From the NCBI RefSeq assembly GCF_009914755.1, contig NC_060929.1: 64,000 nt of DNA. One strand, 5' to 3'. Position 1 is the first letter of the stretch; every line of letters starts with the position of its first letter. This DNA comes from the human T2T-CHM13v2.0 reference genome, Homo sapiens. Shown one piece after another: positions 1 through 13,744 of the stretch. Position numbers and translations under genes: made by a program. Under the pieces are notes generated by a model. That model was not told the DNA's origin, made no database searches, and saw only the letters and a program-made list of their open reading frames with translations.

Positions 1-2135
1 CAAAGAGAAACAAGAAAATGGATGCTCAGCAGCCCTGGGAAATGATACCTCAGTGTGCAAGAATCTACTCCATTTGTGCTAATTAATTTGTCTTTTCCCT
101 CACCTAAGAACTTCTGTCACTCAAATCCTCCCCATACTCCAAAGCAGTGTCCATAACCAGCATCAACAGCCCATAACCTTCACGGCATTCACACAGAATC
201 ACTTTTTGCTTCAATGGCAGACGGGAAGAGATGGAGGAAAGTGTTATCTGGAGCCTGAATGGTGTTAGTCACTACAGTGGACATTTGGATTACAAATCGT
301 ACTATGCCACTTAGTGCTGGATCTTAAATGACACTTATGTTTTAAACATTTGTGATATGTGCATCCTTTAAGTATAAGATCCAAAGTAGGGGGCCCTGTC
401 ACCCAGGTCTTAAGGTGATACTCTAAACTTTAGGGAATATTTCATCCAGGATCTACTGAAATCTAAGAAAAAAAAATTTGAGCAGATTGATAACAGCTTT
501 TCTTTTTTAAATGTATATAATGAGAGAGCTGTTAACAAAGTCAAAAGAGTTATTGACAGAAGTAAAGATGGCTGTAGTGGGGGAGAAAAAAAAACAGGAA
601 ACCTTTCTCTACCAAGTTTCTGCAATAATTGACTAATTATAACATGGATGACTGGGAGTTTAGAACCTACTACTCGTATTTTTCAATCTTAACTTTCCCT
701 AATATGGTAAAAACATGGCTTCAGAAAATCATCTCATGTCTTAATTCATGCTTACAAAGGTATATCAGATTAAAGGCAATAAAACGTATTTTATAACTAA
801 AAATAAAACACACGATATAATGAGAGAGCAGAAATCAATGGTACAAGGGCTCTGGAGAGATAAGAAAAGTCAGATGCTCAGTTCTTTCTTTGGATACTTT
901 TATCAACCAAACTGCCTGCTGTATAAGATTACTGGCCTATAAATTAACTTTTGCAATTAAAGCAGTGAATTTTAACTTGAGGCAAACAGAACCCTATTGT
1001 TCACTAAGTTTTATCACCAACGATTACAGGACAGAGAGATCTATATCTCCAACACTGTATGCTTAAAAAGAAACAAAACTTGTTTTTCAATTATGAAAGT
1101 AATATATGTTCATTATAAAAAACTTGAAAAACTACAAAAATATAAAACAGTATAAAGTATGAAAGTCACCCATAATCCTAACCCTAAACTATTAACATTG
1201 TTATATTTCCCTTATTGTGTATACTGCTCTGCATATTTGAGATCATACTGTGAATCATGATTTTATACCATCCATTTTTCATTTAACTTTATATCATAAA
1301 CATTTCTCATATTTTATTATTTCTAAATATCATTTGCAAGGGCTGCATAAGTCATGTGCAGACTTAGAGTACCCTCTAATTTGCTTAACCATTCCCCTAA
1401 TGTTGGAGGTTTAGGATGATCTTTGGTTTCTTACTACTATAATCACACTGTGATGAATATCTTTATTTATAAATCTTTATCTGCATTTCCTAGTATTTCC
1501 TTAGGGTACAGCTAGACTATGGAAACCAAGGAAATAAGTATTTTTTAAATATCTTGAATGTTTGTCCCCAGTTTTTTCTAATAAGGTATTCTACATTATA
1601 TGTCCACCAATAATGTATAAGGTGCCCTTTTCACCCTCCATTATCAATATATCAGGTATTCATGACTTTTTTCCAGTATTTGATTAACTGATAAATGAAA
1701 ATAATTCATTGCTGTTTTGTTTTCTATTTCTCTGACTACTAGTGAAACAGAACCTTTTTTTGCAAATATTTGTTAGTCTTTATTTGCCCTTCTGTTAATT
1801 GTCCATACATACTAACAGATACTAATCTATTTTCTTGGTGATTCATATATATGCTTCATAAAGAAAAATACTGTCTTTTGCATCATATTTCTTATAATTA
1901 TTTCCATTTTTGTGTCTTAACTTATATATTGATTTTTTTCAAGAAAGTTTAAAAATTTTTAAATAGGCATCTCAACTTTTCCCCTTGTATTTTATTTTGA
2001 GTTTAAGCTTATTCATTTATTCATTCATTCAACAAATATTCACCAAAGACTTGCTATGTGCCAGAAACTATGCAGGAACACTAAAGATACAGCAGTAAAT
2101 AAGACGTATTTTTAGCCTTCAAAGAGTTTCCATTT

Positions 2136-2348
2136 GGCCAGGCAAGATGGCTCATACACCTGTAATGCCAGTGCCTCAGGAGGCCAATTCGGGAGGACTG
2201 CTTGAGACCAAGAGTTTGAGACCAGCCTGGCCAACATGGCAAGAACCTCCCTCCACAAATAAAAATTTAAAAATGAAATAGGCAAGGTGGTGCATGCCAG
2301 TAGTCCCAGCTACTCAGGAGGCTGAGGCAGGAGGATCACTTGACCCCA
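2136..2348 (+). mobile_element. Alu (AluJ-like), 3' end and poly(A) missing
   Basis: Starts GGCCAGGCAAG..., has left arm, A-rich linker and right arm up to GGAGGATCACTTGACCCC, then switches directly into an inverted Alu. Confidence 0.9.
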
Positions 2349-2590
2349 AAAGTGCAGTGGCGTGATCTTGGCTCACTGCAACCTCCGCCTCCCGAGTTCA
2401 AGCAATTCTCCTGCCTCAGCCTCCTGAGTAGCTGGGAGTATAGGCACATACCACTATACCTGGTTAATTTTTGTATTTTTTGTAGAGATGAAGTTTTACC
2501 ATGTTGGCCAGGTTGGTCTCAAACTTGGGACCTCAGGTGATCCGCCCTCCTCAGCCTCCCAAAGTGCTGGGATTACAGGTGTGAGCCACC
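2349..2590 (-). mobile_element. Alu (AluS-like), antisense, poly(A) end missing
   Basis: AGTGCAGTGGCGTGATCTTGGCTCACTGCAACC...CCCAAAGTGCTGGGATTACAGGTGTGAGCCACC is reverse-complement Alu. Confidence 0.92.
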
Positions 2591-2776
2591 TATTTTCTGT
2601 ATTTTCTTATATTGTCTACTAATATTTTTTTGAGTCTGTTTTCTCAAATTCTTTCACCTGGGATTTATTCTAGTGTATAGTACGAAACTAAATTAATATT
2701 TTTTCTAAGCAGCTAGTTAACTATTCCAGCAACAGTTACTTAATAATTCTTTCCTTCCCTAGAAATCCTTACTGCT

Positions 2777-3136
<360 letters not shown>

Positions 3137-5123
3137 CTATTCCATTCCTTGATCTGTCTGCTAATTCTTGGCCCAGCATTACGTTGATTTAATTATTCAC
3201 ACTTTATAATATTTTAAAATATTTGGTGTTGTTAATCATGCTTTTCATTTTAATTATTCCATTTTTCAAAGCTATTTTCACTTACAAATACTTTATAAGT
3301 AATTTTTTATAACCTCTCTTGGGATTTTCATTGAAATTGAATTATATCTACAATTTAACTTGGGAAGAAACAAAATCTTTATAATATTCGGTCTTTCCAT
3401 CCAAACATTCCTTTTTCCCATTTAATCTTTCTTGAAGGCATTAATGTATTTCCTGGTGATTCTGGAGAAAACAGAAGTATTAATCAGTAGGCTTCCCTTT
3501 ATATATATACCTTAATTCCTAAGCACACCCAACCTTGATGACAAAGAAGTGTCTTTGAAAAGGAAAAAAAATAAATGGACATTGTGTGTTAGCTCCTCAT
3601 CGTTTGTTTACATCAGATTATAATAGCTCTCTATGTGTACCTAGGTGAGCAAAAATGTTAACAACAGTGGACCCCTCACCTCAGAACACAGATTTACACC
3701 AAACATCCCCTTAAAAGTTTTTTTAAAAATGACTCTGGTTTTGTCATTTCTCAATTTCCCACACTCATTACAGACTTCCTTTAGAATAATAAACAATAAA
3801 CTCTGTTATTAACTCAAATTTTATGTTTCTACTAAGCGAAATTCTAAACAACAGCAACAGTAATAACTACTATCTATTGAATATCTACTATGTTCTATCA
3901 TTAATCTTCAAAATAATCCTGCAGGATAGGTGGCTATATTCACCTTATAGGAAAGGAATCAAAAGCTTAGAGAGCAGAGGAGCAAATCCTTCCCTGCTCC
4001 GCGTTCAGCCACCCCAGCGATGCTTTATGCTTGTTTTTATTATTTGTAACACTTTGGGAAGTTATTAAAGGAAGATCTATTGCTTCCTCCTTTTGGGGTA
4101 GAACTGGATGGCAAAAAATAAAATAAAATAAAAATAAAAGCTTAGAGAGAAGCTCAAGATCACCCAGCTAGGTAATGCTGGAGAATCCAAATTCAGACCT
4201 AGCTCTCTCCCACTCAAGCTGACTCTCAAAATCATCATGATCACAGATAACTAAAATGATCTCTTAATATCCACCAAACCTGTGGCACCACTAGCTTTTG
4301 CCAATACTCTATATATGGAAAAGGTACTTTCCAATAGCCCTACAATCTTCCAAAGTTTGCTACTCTCTGTATTTTAAATACAAACAGGTAAATAAGTAAT
4401 GGGACATTGCTAAAAGTTGACTGGGGAAAGAAATACAAGCCACTGAACTGCTTTGATAGTATCTGCTCTTCAGGTTCTTACAGAGGAGGAGATTGGCTTC
4501 ACGTCCATAGTACACATCCCACTCCTACTCTACCTGCAAGTCCCCCCAGCCAGTGACCCAGCAGGATTCTATAAAACACAGACACACAATGTCAATGTTG
4601 TTGACTGCCTGGAAATTTTGAGTTTCTTTAGGGTAGTTTGATGTATTTGGGTAGGGAAACAGGATTGAATCACACAGCCTGGCCCTAAAATGTAGGGTTC
4701 TATCACTGAGTCCTTGGCTTAGGAAATGTAGTATTTGAAAATGTTGTGTGCTCATCCACTAGACCATGCCACAAATATTTTCAACCATACTCAATCTTCT
4801 ACAACCTTGTTTTCTAAAGTCTTCAAACACTCACTATAAGGAAATATTTCTTATATTTAATATAAATCTTACTTTTTGAGTCTTTTATAAATGAGAAGTA
4901 GGCCCCTTCTTGTAATAATTTTTCAAATACAGGAAAAGCGCTTTTTAGTCCCCACTTTCATCTATAGTCTATAAGCAGCTCAGCTGTTGTCAGCTCCAAA
5001 GTAGTTGATAAAAATCTTATATTTATAATACATACTTGCTCAGAAACTTGGCATTAATTTCAATTTCAAAAGTATCTTCATTAATCTTATAAATTACTGC
5101 AAAATCTGGAATAGCACCATCTC

Positions 5124-5326
5124 TTTTTTTAAACTTTTAAGTTCAGGGGTGCAAGTGCAGGTTTGTTACATAGGTAAACTGGTGTCATGGGCGTTTTTTG
5201 TACAGATTATTTCATCACCCAGATATTAAGCCTAGTACCCATTAGTTATTTTTCCTGATCCTGTCCCTCCTCCTACCCACTACCCTCTGAAAGGCCCCAG
5301 TGTGTGCTGCTGCCCTCTATGTGTCC
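5124..5326 (-). mobile_element. 5'-truncated L1PA-type 3' end
   Basis: Poly(T) followed by AAGTTCAGGGGTGCAAGTGCAGGTTTGTTACATAGGTAAAC...; flanked by CCATCTCTT on both sides (TSD-like). Confidence 0.85.
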
Positions 5327-5438
5327 ATCTCTTAACTAACAGTAAATGCTCTAAGAACAACCATTAATGTTTACTAATAATTTTCCAGGAATATTTAAGT
5401 TAAATGTCTGATTTTGGCCGTGCTAATTTAAAAAAAAA

Positions 5439-5468
5439 ATATATATATATATATATACATATATATAT
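5439..5468. repeat. (TA)n microsatellite after an A-run
   Basis: ATATATATATATATATATATACATATATATAT. Confidence 0.9.
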
Positions 5469-8400
5469 GCCAGAAAATGCCACAGATTTTCAAGAGGCAC
5501 TCTTATTATCATCTCTACAAGATGACTGAAAGTGACATTTTGAAAATATCTTTTAAACAGCTCCACCTCATGTCACTGCTGCTGAGATTTCTGACTCCTC
5601 CCTTCCGGCTCTTCAGTGACCTTCAGTGCCCACTGGATTCCAAAGCTCAATCCTCTGTGCAATGATTCCAACTCCAGGGATCAGTGTCTGAAGTGAAGCT
5701 ACAGATTGTCTGGTGGATAAATAATCCAAGAAGGAACGGGGGATGTTATGACTTTTTGAGAGAAGGCTAACATGTCATCCTTGACAGATAAACTTTAAAA
5801 AATTATAATAATGGAAATGAAGAAAGAAAACAACAGAAGATGAGAATAGCAAAAGAGCTAGACATTTCCGACAGGTAAGAAAATGGGAAACAAACCTCTA
5901 AAATGCTTAAGAAAAATATTGCAAATGTGTTTATCCAATGTGTATTTCATGTTAGAATAATCCAGTTTTAAAAAGTAAATGAAGATCATTAAAAATTGGA
6001 AATATAGTGCTTTTAGGCTAAATTGTACTAGATGCCTTTTTACATATATGATTTGAAAAACAACCCTACAGTTTCAGAATGCACTACTGTAAGAAAATTA
6101 TAAAAAGAAACCACCAAAAGCTAGTATTGGCACAATGGGGTTTTAATTACTTTATCTTTTAGTAAATAATCTTAAAAATCTGGTATACTTATTTTCATTG
6201 GCAGAGTTGAGATCTCCTTTCTTAATGCACTCAATGTTTTATTATTTTAAAGAACTGAAAACCCCCACATTCCTAAAATGATAAGTTCGGTTATTAACCT
6301 TCAAAGAAAATAAAAGTCAATTCAGACAAGCTGTGTTGGCTTGTTTTTAAAACAGTAGCTTTGAGAAGCATATATATTTTCCACTACCACTTTATATGGA
6401 TTCAGGCAATGGTCAAATTCAAGGAAAGAAAACATATAAACCATTTTCAGCAGAGAAAAATCAAAGTACATGTAATAAAAGAATGGTTGGGTCAAATGTA
6501 ATCCTCAAGTCTTAAAAGACAGCACACACTTCTGCAACAGATAGATATGAAATTTGATTTTTGGAATGGGTGAACAGTTGAATAACTTAAGGAGGTTTGC
6601 ATGATGTTGAATAACCAGGCCAATTATACTTTTTTAATAACGCTGTAAGAGATTAGGCATTTGTTTCTTGATGCTTAGTGCAGTTACTTAATGTAGTACT
6701 TTGTTCTTAGGGTAAGCTCTAAGATGTACCTTTACAGAGATTCTAGTCTATTTGTTTTCATGGAACACAAATGATTTATTTGACTGATCTTTTAAAAAAT
6801 GAAATGACCAAATAAACTAGAAATATTGCCTTGTATACGATTTAGGAAGTAGACGTCTGTTCCTGGCTCTGCAGCTAACTACACAACCATGAGTCAGTCA
6901 CTGGATCTTAGTTTCCATGTTTGTAAATCAGAAATAAAGTATCATTCCTATCTAGAGTACAGGGCTGCTGTAGAGATCAAGTAAGATAGCAAGCCTTGTC
7001 AGCACATGAATTATTGATGAATTAATTAATGAACAATGCAGTACTTTAAAAATCATTAAGCCCTGAAGACTATGAGACGTTATCTGCATCAGCACAACCA
7101 TAGAATCTGTACTCTTAGAGATTTAAGAAAAAGGAGAGAGAATTCTATGGGAGATGCTCACAGTGTGGTCCTACCCCATTTTGGGCTCCTCACATATATA
7201 CTTGGGGGTTGGGAGATGTACAAACTCTCTGAAGCCACAACTCTCTGAAGTTACATAACAGAATTTTGTTCATATAGAACGAATAGAAAATATTCTACTT
7301 CTTTGCTTTTAAAATTAACGACAGGAAATACAGAACTTGATATAAGAAATATAAAACAGGAGGCAATAGAAAATTGTGGAAAGAACACGGAACTCTCTGG
7401 AAGCCAGAAGACTTGGGCTCTGGTCCCTGTTCTGCTAATATTTAACTGCAATGCTGCAATATCTGTCAAATGAAAGGAATATATTAGAGGACCTTTATAG
7501 TCTCTTTCAGATCAAAGCACCATAGCCCCAAATGAAATAGAACAAATAATGTAAAATATAATTTTTCTATGCCATGGACAATTAAGGGAAAGGGGTAAAA
7601 CAAGAGTAAAGAATAAGACAGATGGACAGAAAGAGAGGAAGAGAGTAAATGGTAAGGAAAAAAACAGACAGACCAAAAGGCAGACACACACAAACTCTAC
7701 CCCCAGCTCTCTCCCCCTCAAAAAAAGAATTTTATGAATAAAGAGACAGAAGAAAGATACACACTAACAAAATGACATTCAGATGCAGAAATAAACATGT
7801 ACATAAAAACTTTGGTGGAATTATGCTCTTATTTTGTTCATCTTGAAACTTTTAAACACAAAACTACCCAAAAAATTTAACATACTGTTGTACTTTTATG
7901 TTAAAAGGCATAAACTGAATCAGTTCAAGGCAGGTGCCTCATGAGCTAGATACAATCAAGTTGAAGGTTTAGGATTAACTGCTGCCATATGCTACTGATA
8001 TTTTTTAGTAAAATGTCACTTGATAATTTGAGATCTCACTTCCATGGGTCAATTCCAACCAAACAAGCCAAAGATGAACTCTCCTAAAATAGAAATGAAT
8101 CCCAAGAATTTTTTTATGAACAGGGCTTAGTATTATTTTGCTTCCAGATAGGCAGGATTTAAATATTTTAACTTAATAGTTACCAGTTACATAAAGTGTA
8201 AATCCCACATTGCCATTTAAAGCCCAAATTTGGCCATTTTCCTATTTAATCTTCTCTGTATTGTGTAGAGGGTACTAGATAATGTAACTCCAGCACTCTC
8301 CTTTGATTCCCTCCTAAGATGAGGCCCTTCAGATCTATAGGCTTTTCTGAGCTCCAAGCTGAGATAGGAATTTATAGACTGGGGAGCTAATTTGTACTTT

Positions 8401-8945
8401 GCTACTAATCAGAATACAGGAGAGCAGAAGAATTGCCACCCAGTTTCAAGCCTGCTGTTGCAGGATTTTGAGTAATCCCCATTCACTATGAAGTCAGCCC
8501 AGATTGACAAGAATAGGCAACACAAGAGCTCTCGATGTTTATTCTCATCTTTATCTGCTAGGAACCCTGCAAAATTATATGAGTTTTCACATCTGTAAAG
8601 AGAAAACCTGCAGGATTCATAGGAAGCTTTTCTTTCTTGTAAATAATAAGAGCTTGGAAGAAAAAACACACAAGACTTTTCTGGTTTTGTTTGGTTTTAG
8701 CTAACTCCTTGGACTTTTCTGTACTTTGGTTTTTTCCTCTATGAAATGGAACTATAACAATCCCACTCCTCCCTAACACAACTGGTGATGGAAAAATAAA
8801 TAGCATAGCAGATATGAAAGCACTCATAGCTCTTTGGAGGATGAGGATTAGATCAGTTCAGTCCAAGTGTCTGAGACATGCAACAAGAATAACAACAACA
8901 ATAATGAGCACTTGGGTTTGAACAGTGTTTAACAGTTTATACAAT

Positions 8946-9410
<465 letters not shown>

Positions 9411-9877
9411 TTAAAATGTTTTAAATATATTATTTCATTGGCCTTTATAACAAGGTATGAAGTAGGGAGGCTATTTTTTATTTCATTTGACAGATAAAGA
9501 AATTGAGGCCAAGAGGAGAGTGCCTTGCCCCAGATCAAACAGCTAGTAAACAACAGGACATGTCTCCTGACACAAAATCTAGTGCTCATTCTAGTTTACT
9601 CAACTACATATGCAGTTAATGCCTATTTCCTTTCATTCCTATCCTCCTTTAAGTGAGGCTTGCTTGGTAGGAGGCCTCTAATTAGCAATCAAAGCTTTCT
9701 GTCTCTCATGTATAGTTCTAATCTATCAACTGTATAGAGAGCTTAAATTTTACTTGAAATTCTCCTTCAGCCAATATCTGTGAACTCTGGGTCTCATGAG
9801 TCATCCAGGCCTTAAACTTTCCTTTTGAATACCATTATTTATAAATTTTGCTATTTCTCTTATTACCACATAGCACG

Positions 9878-10310
9878 TGTTAAAGCAAACTAAATATAGC
9901 CTGAGAAGGACTCTGTACTTCTACATTTGAGTCCCTGTGGATGAACTGTAACCTAGCTTAATAGGCAGACAAGATTGAAAACCTAACCTAGGAGTATGCA
10001 CCTGTAACAATAGCTGAGTCTTAGCCAATCCCAGCGGCCATACTTCAACCACTCATAGACTGCTAAGCATTCAAACTATGTTCAAAGAAGGTAAACGTCA
10101 ACCTGTAATCAATCTAGCTGTTTCTGTACCTCACCTCCAATTTCTGGACATCACTTCCCTTTTTTTGATCTATAAATTTGTTCTGACCACGAGGCATCCC
10201 TGGAGTCTCTCTGAATCTGCTGTAATTCTGGAGGCTGCCTGATTCACAAATCGTTCATTGCTCAATTAAACTCCTTCAAATTTAATTCAGCTTAAGTTTT
10301 TCTTTTAACA
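9878..10310 (+). mobile_element. ERV1-class solo LTR (MER57-like)
   Basis: Starts TGTTAAAG and ends TTTTAACA (TG...CA termini); contains CCAAT (10025), TATAAA (10171) and ATTAAA (10265) in LTR order. Family name from recall. Confidence 0.75.
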
Positions 10311-10336
10311 CGTCTAAGCCACAGATCAGTTCCTTG

Positions 10337-10397
10337 GATCCTCCCTCCTCGGCCTCCCGAGTAGCTAGGACTACAGGTGTACACCACCACGCCCAGT
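10337..10397 (-). mobile_element. Short Alu fragment
   Basis: GATCCTCCCTCCTCGGCCTCCCGAGTAGCTAGGACTACAGGTGTACACCACCACGCCCAG. Confidence 0.8.
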
Positions 10398-11331
10398 TCA
10401 TCTGTGGTATTTTTATGCTGTTCCTCATTGTGTTATCCATTGTTGAAACCATGACAGACCTAACTATTCTTAAGGTGATTTCTTTCCAGTAAGAAACTGC
10501 TAAGCCTTAGATCTCAGAAAGAACGTGAGAAGAGGCCATCATAATTTCAAACAGCAAACAAAATTGCATTCCCTTTCATTCCTATTGCTCAGTTCCCTTT
10601 ATCAATGTTATTTATGTTGTTTTCTTCAAACTACTAAAGAATAAACCAAGATGAGGAGTACCCCCCCACCTCCGCCTTTGCTGTCTTTCAATGTTTTCTC
10701 TTTGGGCCAGAAATCCCAGCACTTTGAATGGCAGGGAATCCTTCAAGCCTGTTGTACATCCCGGTATGAATAATTCTACTGAATATAACCACCCTAAACT
10801 ATGCTGAGCCATAGAACCAGAGCCTGCCTTTCCTCTAGAAGTTAGAAGAAGAAAGCATCTGGAGGAAGGAAGAATTGGAGGAATGCTTTTTAAATGAAGT
10901 TAATTCTGGGTAATAGCTCACTAGACGCTGGCTGCCTTCCTTGCCTTAATCTCCAAAATCCGCAATGTACCCCGAAACTGCCTATGGCTTCAATCCCAGA
11001 GAGTGGAAGAAGTGAAAAGAGGAGAAGGCACATGCTATTCCATAGCAGATATGTTCTGTAATTCTGGCCCCCAAACTAAAGGCTGTAGACTGGCTCTGGG
11101 CAGTAGAGCTGACAAATTTTATTCAACATACATATACTGAGTACCTACTATGTGCTCTATGTTGGGGCTGAGGGACAAATTTAGATGTGTGTTCTCACTT
11201 AATCTTCACAACTACTCAGATAGATAGAGATTATTTATCCCCATTTTACAGATAAGAAAACAGAGGAGGAAGGGTAACTGACCTACAACAAAGTCAGACA
11301 AATACCAAGAAGTGATGCTCCAACTGGAACC

Positions 11332-11740
11332 TGTCTTAGTCCATGTGTGATGCTTTAACAAAATAACACAGACAAAATATCACAAGGTTATAAACAATAG
11401 AAATTTATTTCTCACAGTTTTGGAGGCTAGGAAGTCCAAGATCAAGGCACCAAAAGGTTCAGTGTCTGGTAAGGGCTCTTCTCTTCCAGAATGGCACCTT
11501 GTTGCTGTATACTCGCACAGCAGAAGGGACAGAAGAGGCAAACTCACTTAGGGTCTCCTTATAAAAGGAATGAGTTTGCCCTTACGAAGCCCTTTTATGA
11601 GGCCCTAATCCATTCATGAGGGCAGAGCCCTCATGGCCTAGTCACCTCCTAAAAGCCCTACCTCTTAATACTGTTGCATTGGGGATTAAGTTTCAACATG
11701 AATTTTGGAGGGAACACAAACATTCAAACAAACCATAACA
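11332..11740 (-). mobile_element. MaLR solo LTR (MLT1A/MST-like) inserted next to a MIR
   Basis: TGTCTTAGTCC...AATTTATTTCTCACAGTTTTGGAGGCTAGGAAGTCCAAGATCAAGG...ACCATAACA; exact 5-bp TSD GAACC at 11327-11331 and 11741-11745. Confidence 0.88.
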
Positions 11741-11861
11741 GAACCCAACTTCAAACACAGTACTCAGGCCTCCAAAGCACAATCCCTATCCTCCTGACTT
11801 TTTATAGTCCATTGAAGCAAGTGTGTGCATACTCAGGTGACCCTAAAAAAATACAGAAGTT

Positions 11862-12225
<364 letters not shown>

Positions 12226-12425
12226 CTATAGTTAACAAGATGCTGTTACATTCCTTGCCTCACTAGCTCTGAAGACTATACTAGCGGGACAAAGAAAGCA
12301 CCTGAGATGAGCTGAGAGGAGGGTAAAGGTACACAGAGATCCCCTGGATATTTGTTCTATGTCCTCTCAGGGGCTTTGCTACCACTAGAGAATTATCCAT
12401 ATTAAGAACTTGCATTGATATTCTG

Positions 12426-12445
12426 GGTTCTGTTTCATTTTTTAG
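12426..12445 (+). other. NPY6R: Probable splice acceptor of the NPY6R coding exon (exon starts 12446)
   Basis: Polypyrimidine tract TTCTGTTTCATTTTTTAG|G, 187 nt upstream of the ATG; NPY receptor genes typically have non-coding upstream exons. Confidence 0.6.
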
Positions 12446-12632
12446 GGTCTCAAGAGCACGCTCAAGTCATTCACATGTTTCCATCAAATACAGACACAGA
12501 TCAGGGAAGATTAAACCCTACTAATTTCTCGTCGGATGCCTCACAACAAGGTGCCTTCCAAGAACTAATGGCCAAAATATCCACCCACAACACAAATAAG
12601 CTTAGAAAATCTCTTCTTACAATCCTGACACA

Positions 12633-13744
12633 ATGGAAGTTTCCCTAAACCACCCAGCATCTAATACAACCAGCACAAAGAACAACAACTCGGCATTTTT
12701 TTACTTTGAGTCCTGTCAACCCCCTTCTCCAGCTTTACTCCTATTATGCATAGCCTATACTGTGGTCTTAATTGTGGGCCTTTTTGGAAACCTCTCTCTC
12801 ATCATCATCATCTTTAAGAAGCAGAGAAAAGCTCAGAATTTCACCAGCATACTGATTGCCAATCTCTCCCTCTCTGATACCTTGGTGTGTGTCATGTGCA
12901 TCCATTTTACTATCATCTACACTCTGATGGACCACTGGATATTTGGGGATACCATGTGCAGACTCACATCCTATGTGCAGAGTGTCTCAATCTCTGTGTC
13001 CATATTCTCACTTGTATTCACTGCTGTCGAAAGATATCAGCTAATTGTGAACCCCCGTGGCTGGAAGCCCAGTGTGACTCATGCCTACTGGGGCATCACA
13101 CTGATTTGGCTGTTTTCCCTTCTGCTGTCTATTCCCTTCTTCCTGTCCTACCACCTCACTGATGAGCCCTTCCGCAACCTCTCTCTCCCCACTGACCTCT
13201 ACACCCACCAGGTGGCCTGTGTGGAGAACTGGCCCTCCAAAAAGGACCGGCTGCTCTTCACCACCTCCCTTTTTCTGCTGCAGTATTTTGTTCCTCTAGG
13301 CTTCATCCTCATCTGCTACTTGAAGATTGTTATCTGCCTCCGCAGGAGAAATGCAAAGGTAGATAAGAAGAAGGAAAATGAGGGCCGGCTCAATGAGAAC
13401 AAGAGGATCAACACAATGTTGATTTCCATCGTGGTGACCTTTGGAGCCTGCTGGCTGCCCCGAATATCTTCAATGTCATCTTTGACTGGTATCATGAGGT
13501 GCTGATGAGCTGCCACCACGACCTGGTATTTGTAGTTTGCCACTTGGTTGCTATGGTTTCCACATGTATAAACCCTCTCTTTTATGGCTTTCTCAACAAA
13601 AATTTCCAAAAGGACCTGGTAGTGCTTATTCACCACTGCTGGTGCTTCACACCTCAGGAAAGATGTGAAAATATTGCCATCTCCACTATGCACACAGACT
13701 CCAAGAGGTCTTTAAGATTGGCTCGTATAACAACAGGTATATGA
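12633..13744 (+). pseudogene. NPY6R: Neuropeptide Y receptor Y6, frameshifted (290-aa truncated ORF 12633-13505; ancestral C-terminus continues in another frame to TGA at 13742-13744)
   Basis: Class A GPCR motifs GN (TM1), ANLSLSD (TM2), ERY (TM3), CWLP (TM6); N-terminal glycosylation sequons; NPY-Y1-family motifs TLMDHWIFG, LIVNPRGWKP, LQYFVPL. After CWLP the sequence reads CCC CG AAT ATC TTC AAT: one base missing near 13461 from PLNIFN. The shifted frame carries TM7 (CHLVAMVSTCINPLFYGFLNKNFQKDL). Restoring one base gives 1113 nt = 370 aa + stop. Confidence 0.97.

Noticed and set aside
698-707. Perfect CArG boxes CCTAATATGG (698-707), CCAAATTTGG (8224-8233), CCTAATAAGG (25950-25959)
   Set aside because: A few CC(A/T)6GG matches are expected by chance in 64 kb of AT-rich DNA; there is no clustering or other support.
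13316-13693. 125-aa antisense ORF and 91-aa alternative-frame ORF (12887-13162) over NPY6R
   Set aside because: Shadow frames of a coding sequence with no recognisable motifs.
13499-13744. 81-aa ORF as an independent gene
   Set aside because: It is the frameshifted TM7 and C-terminus of NPY6R.
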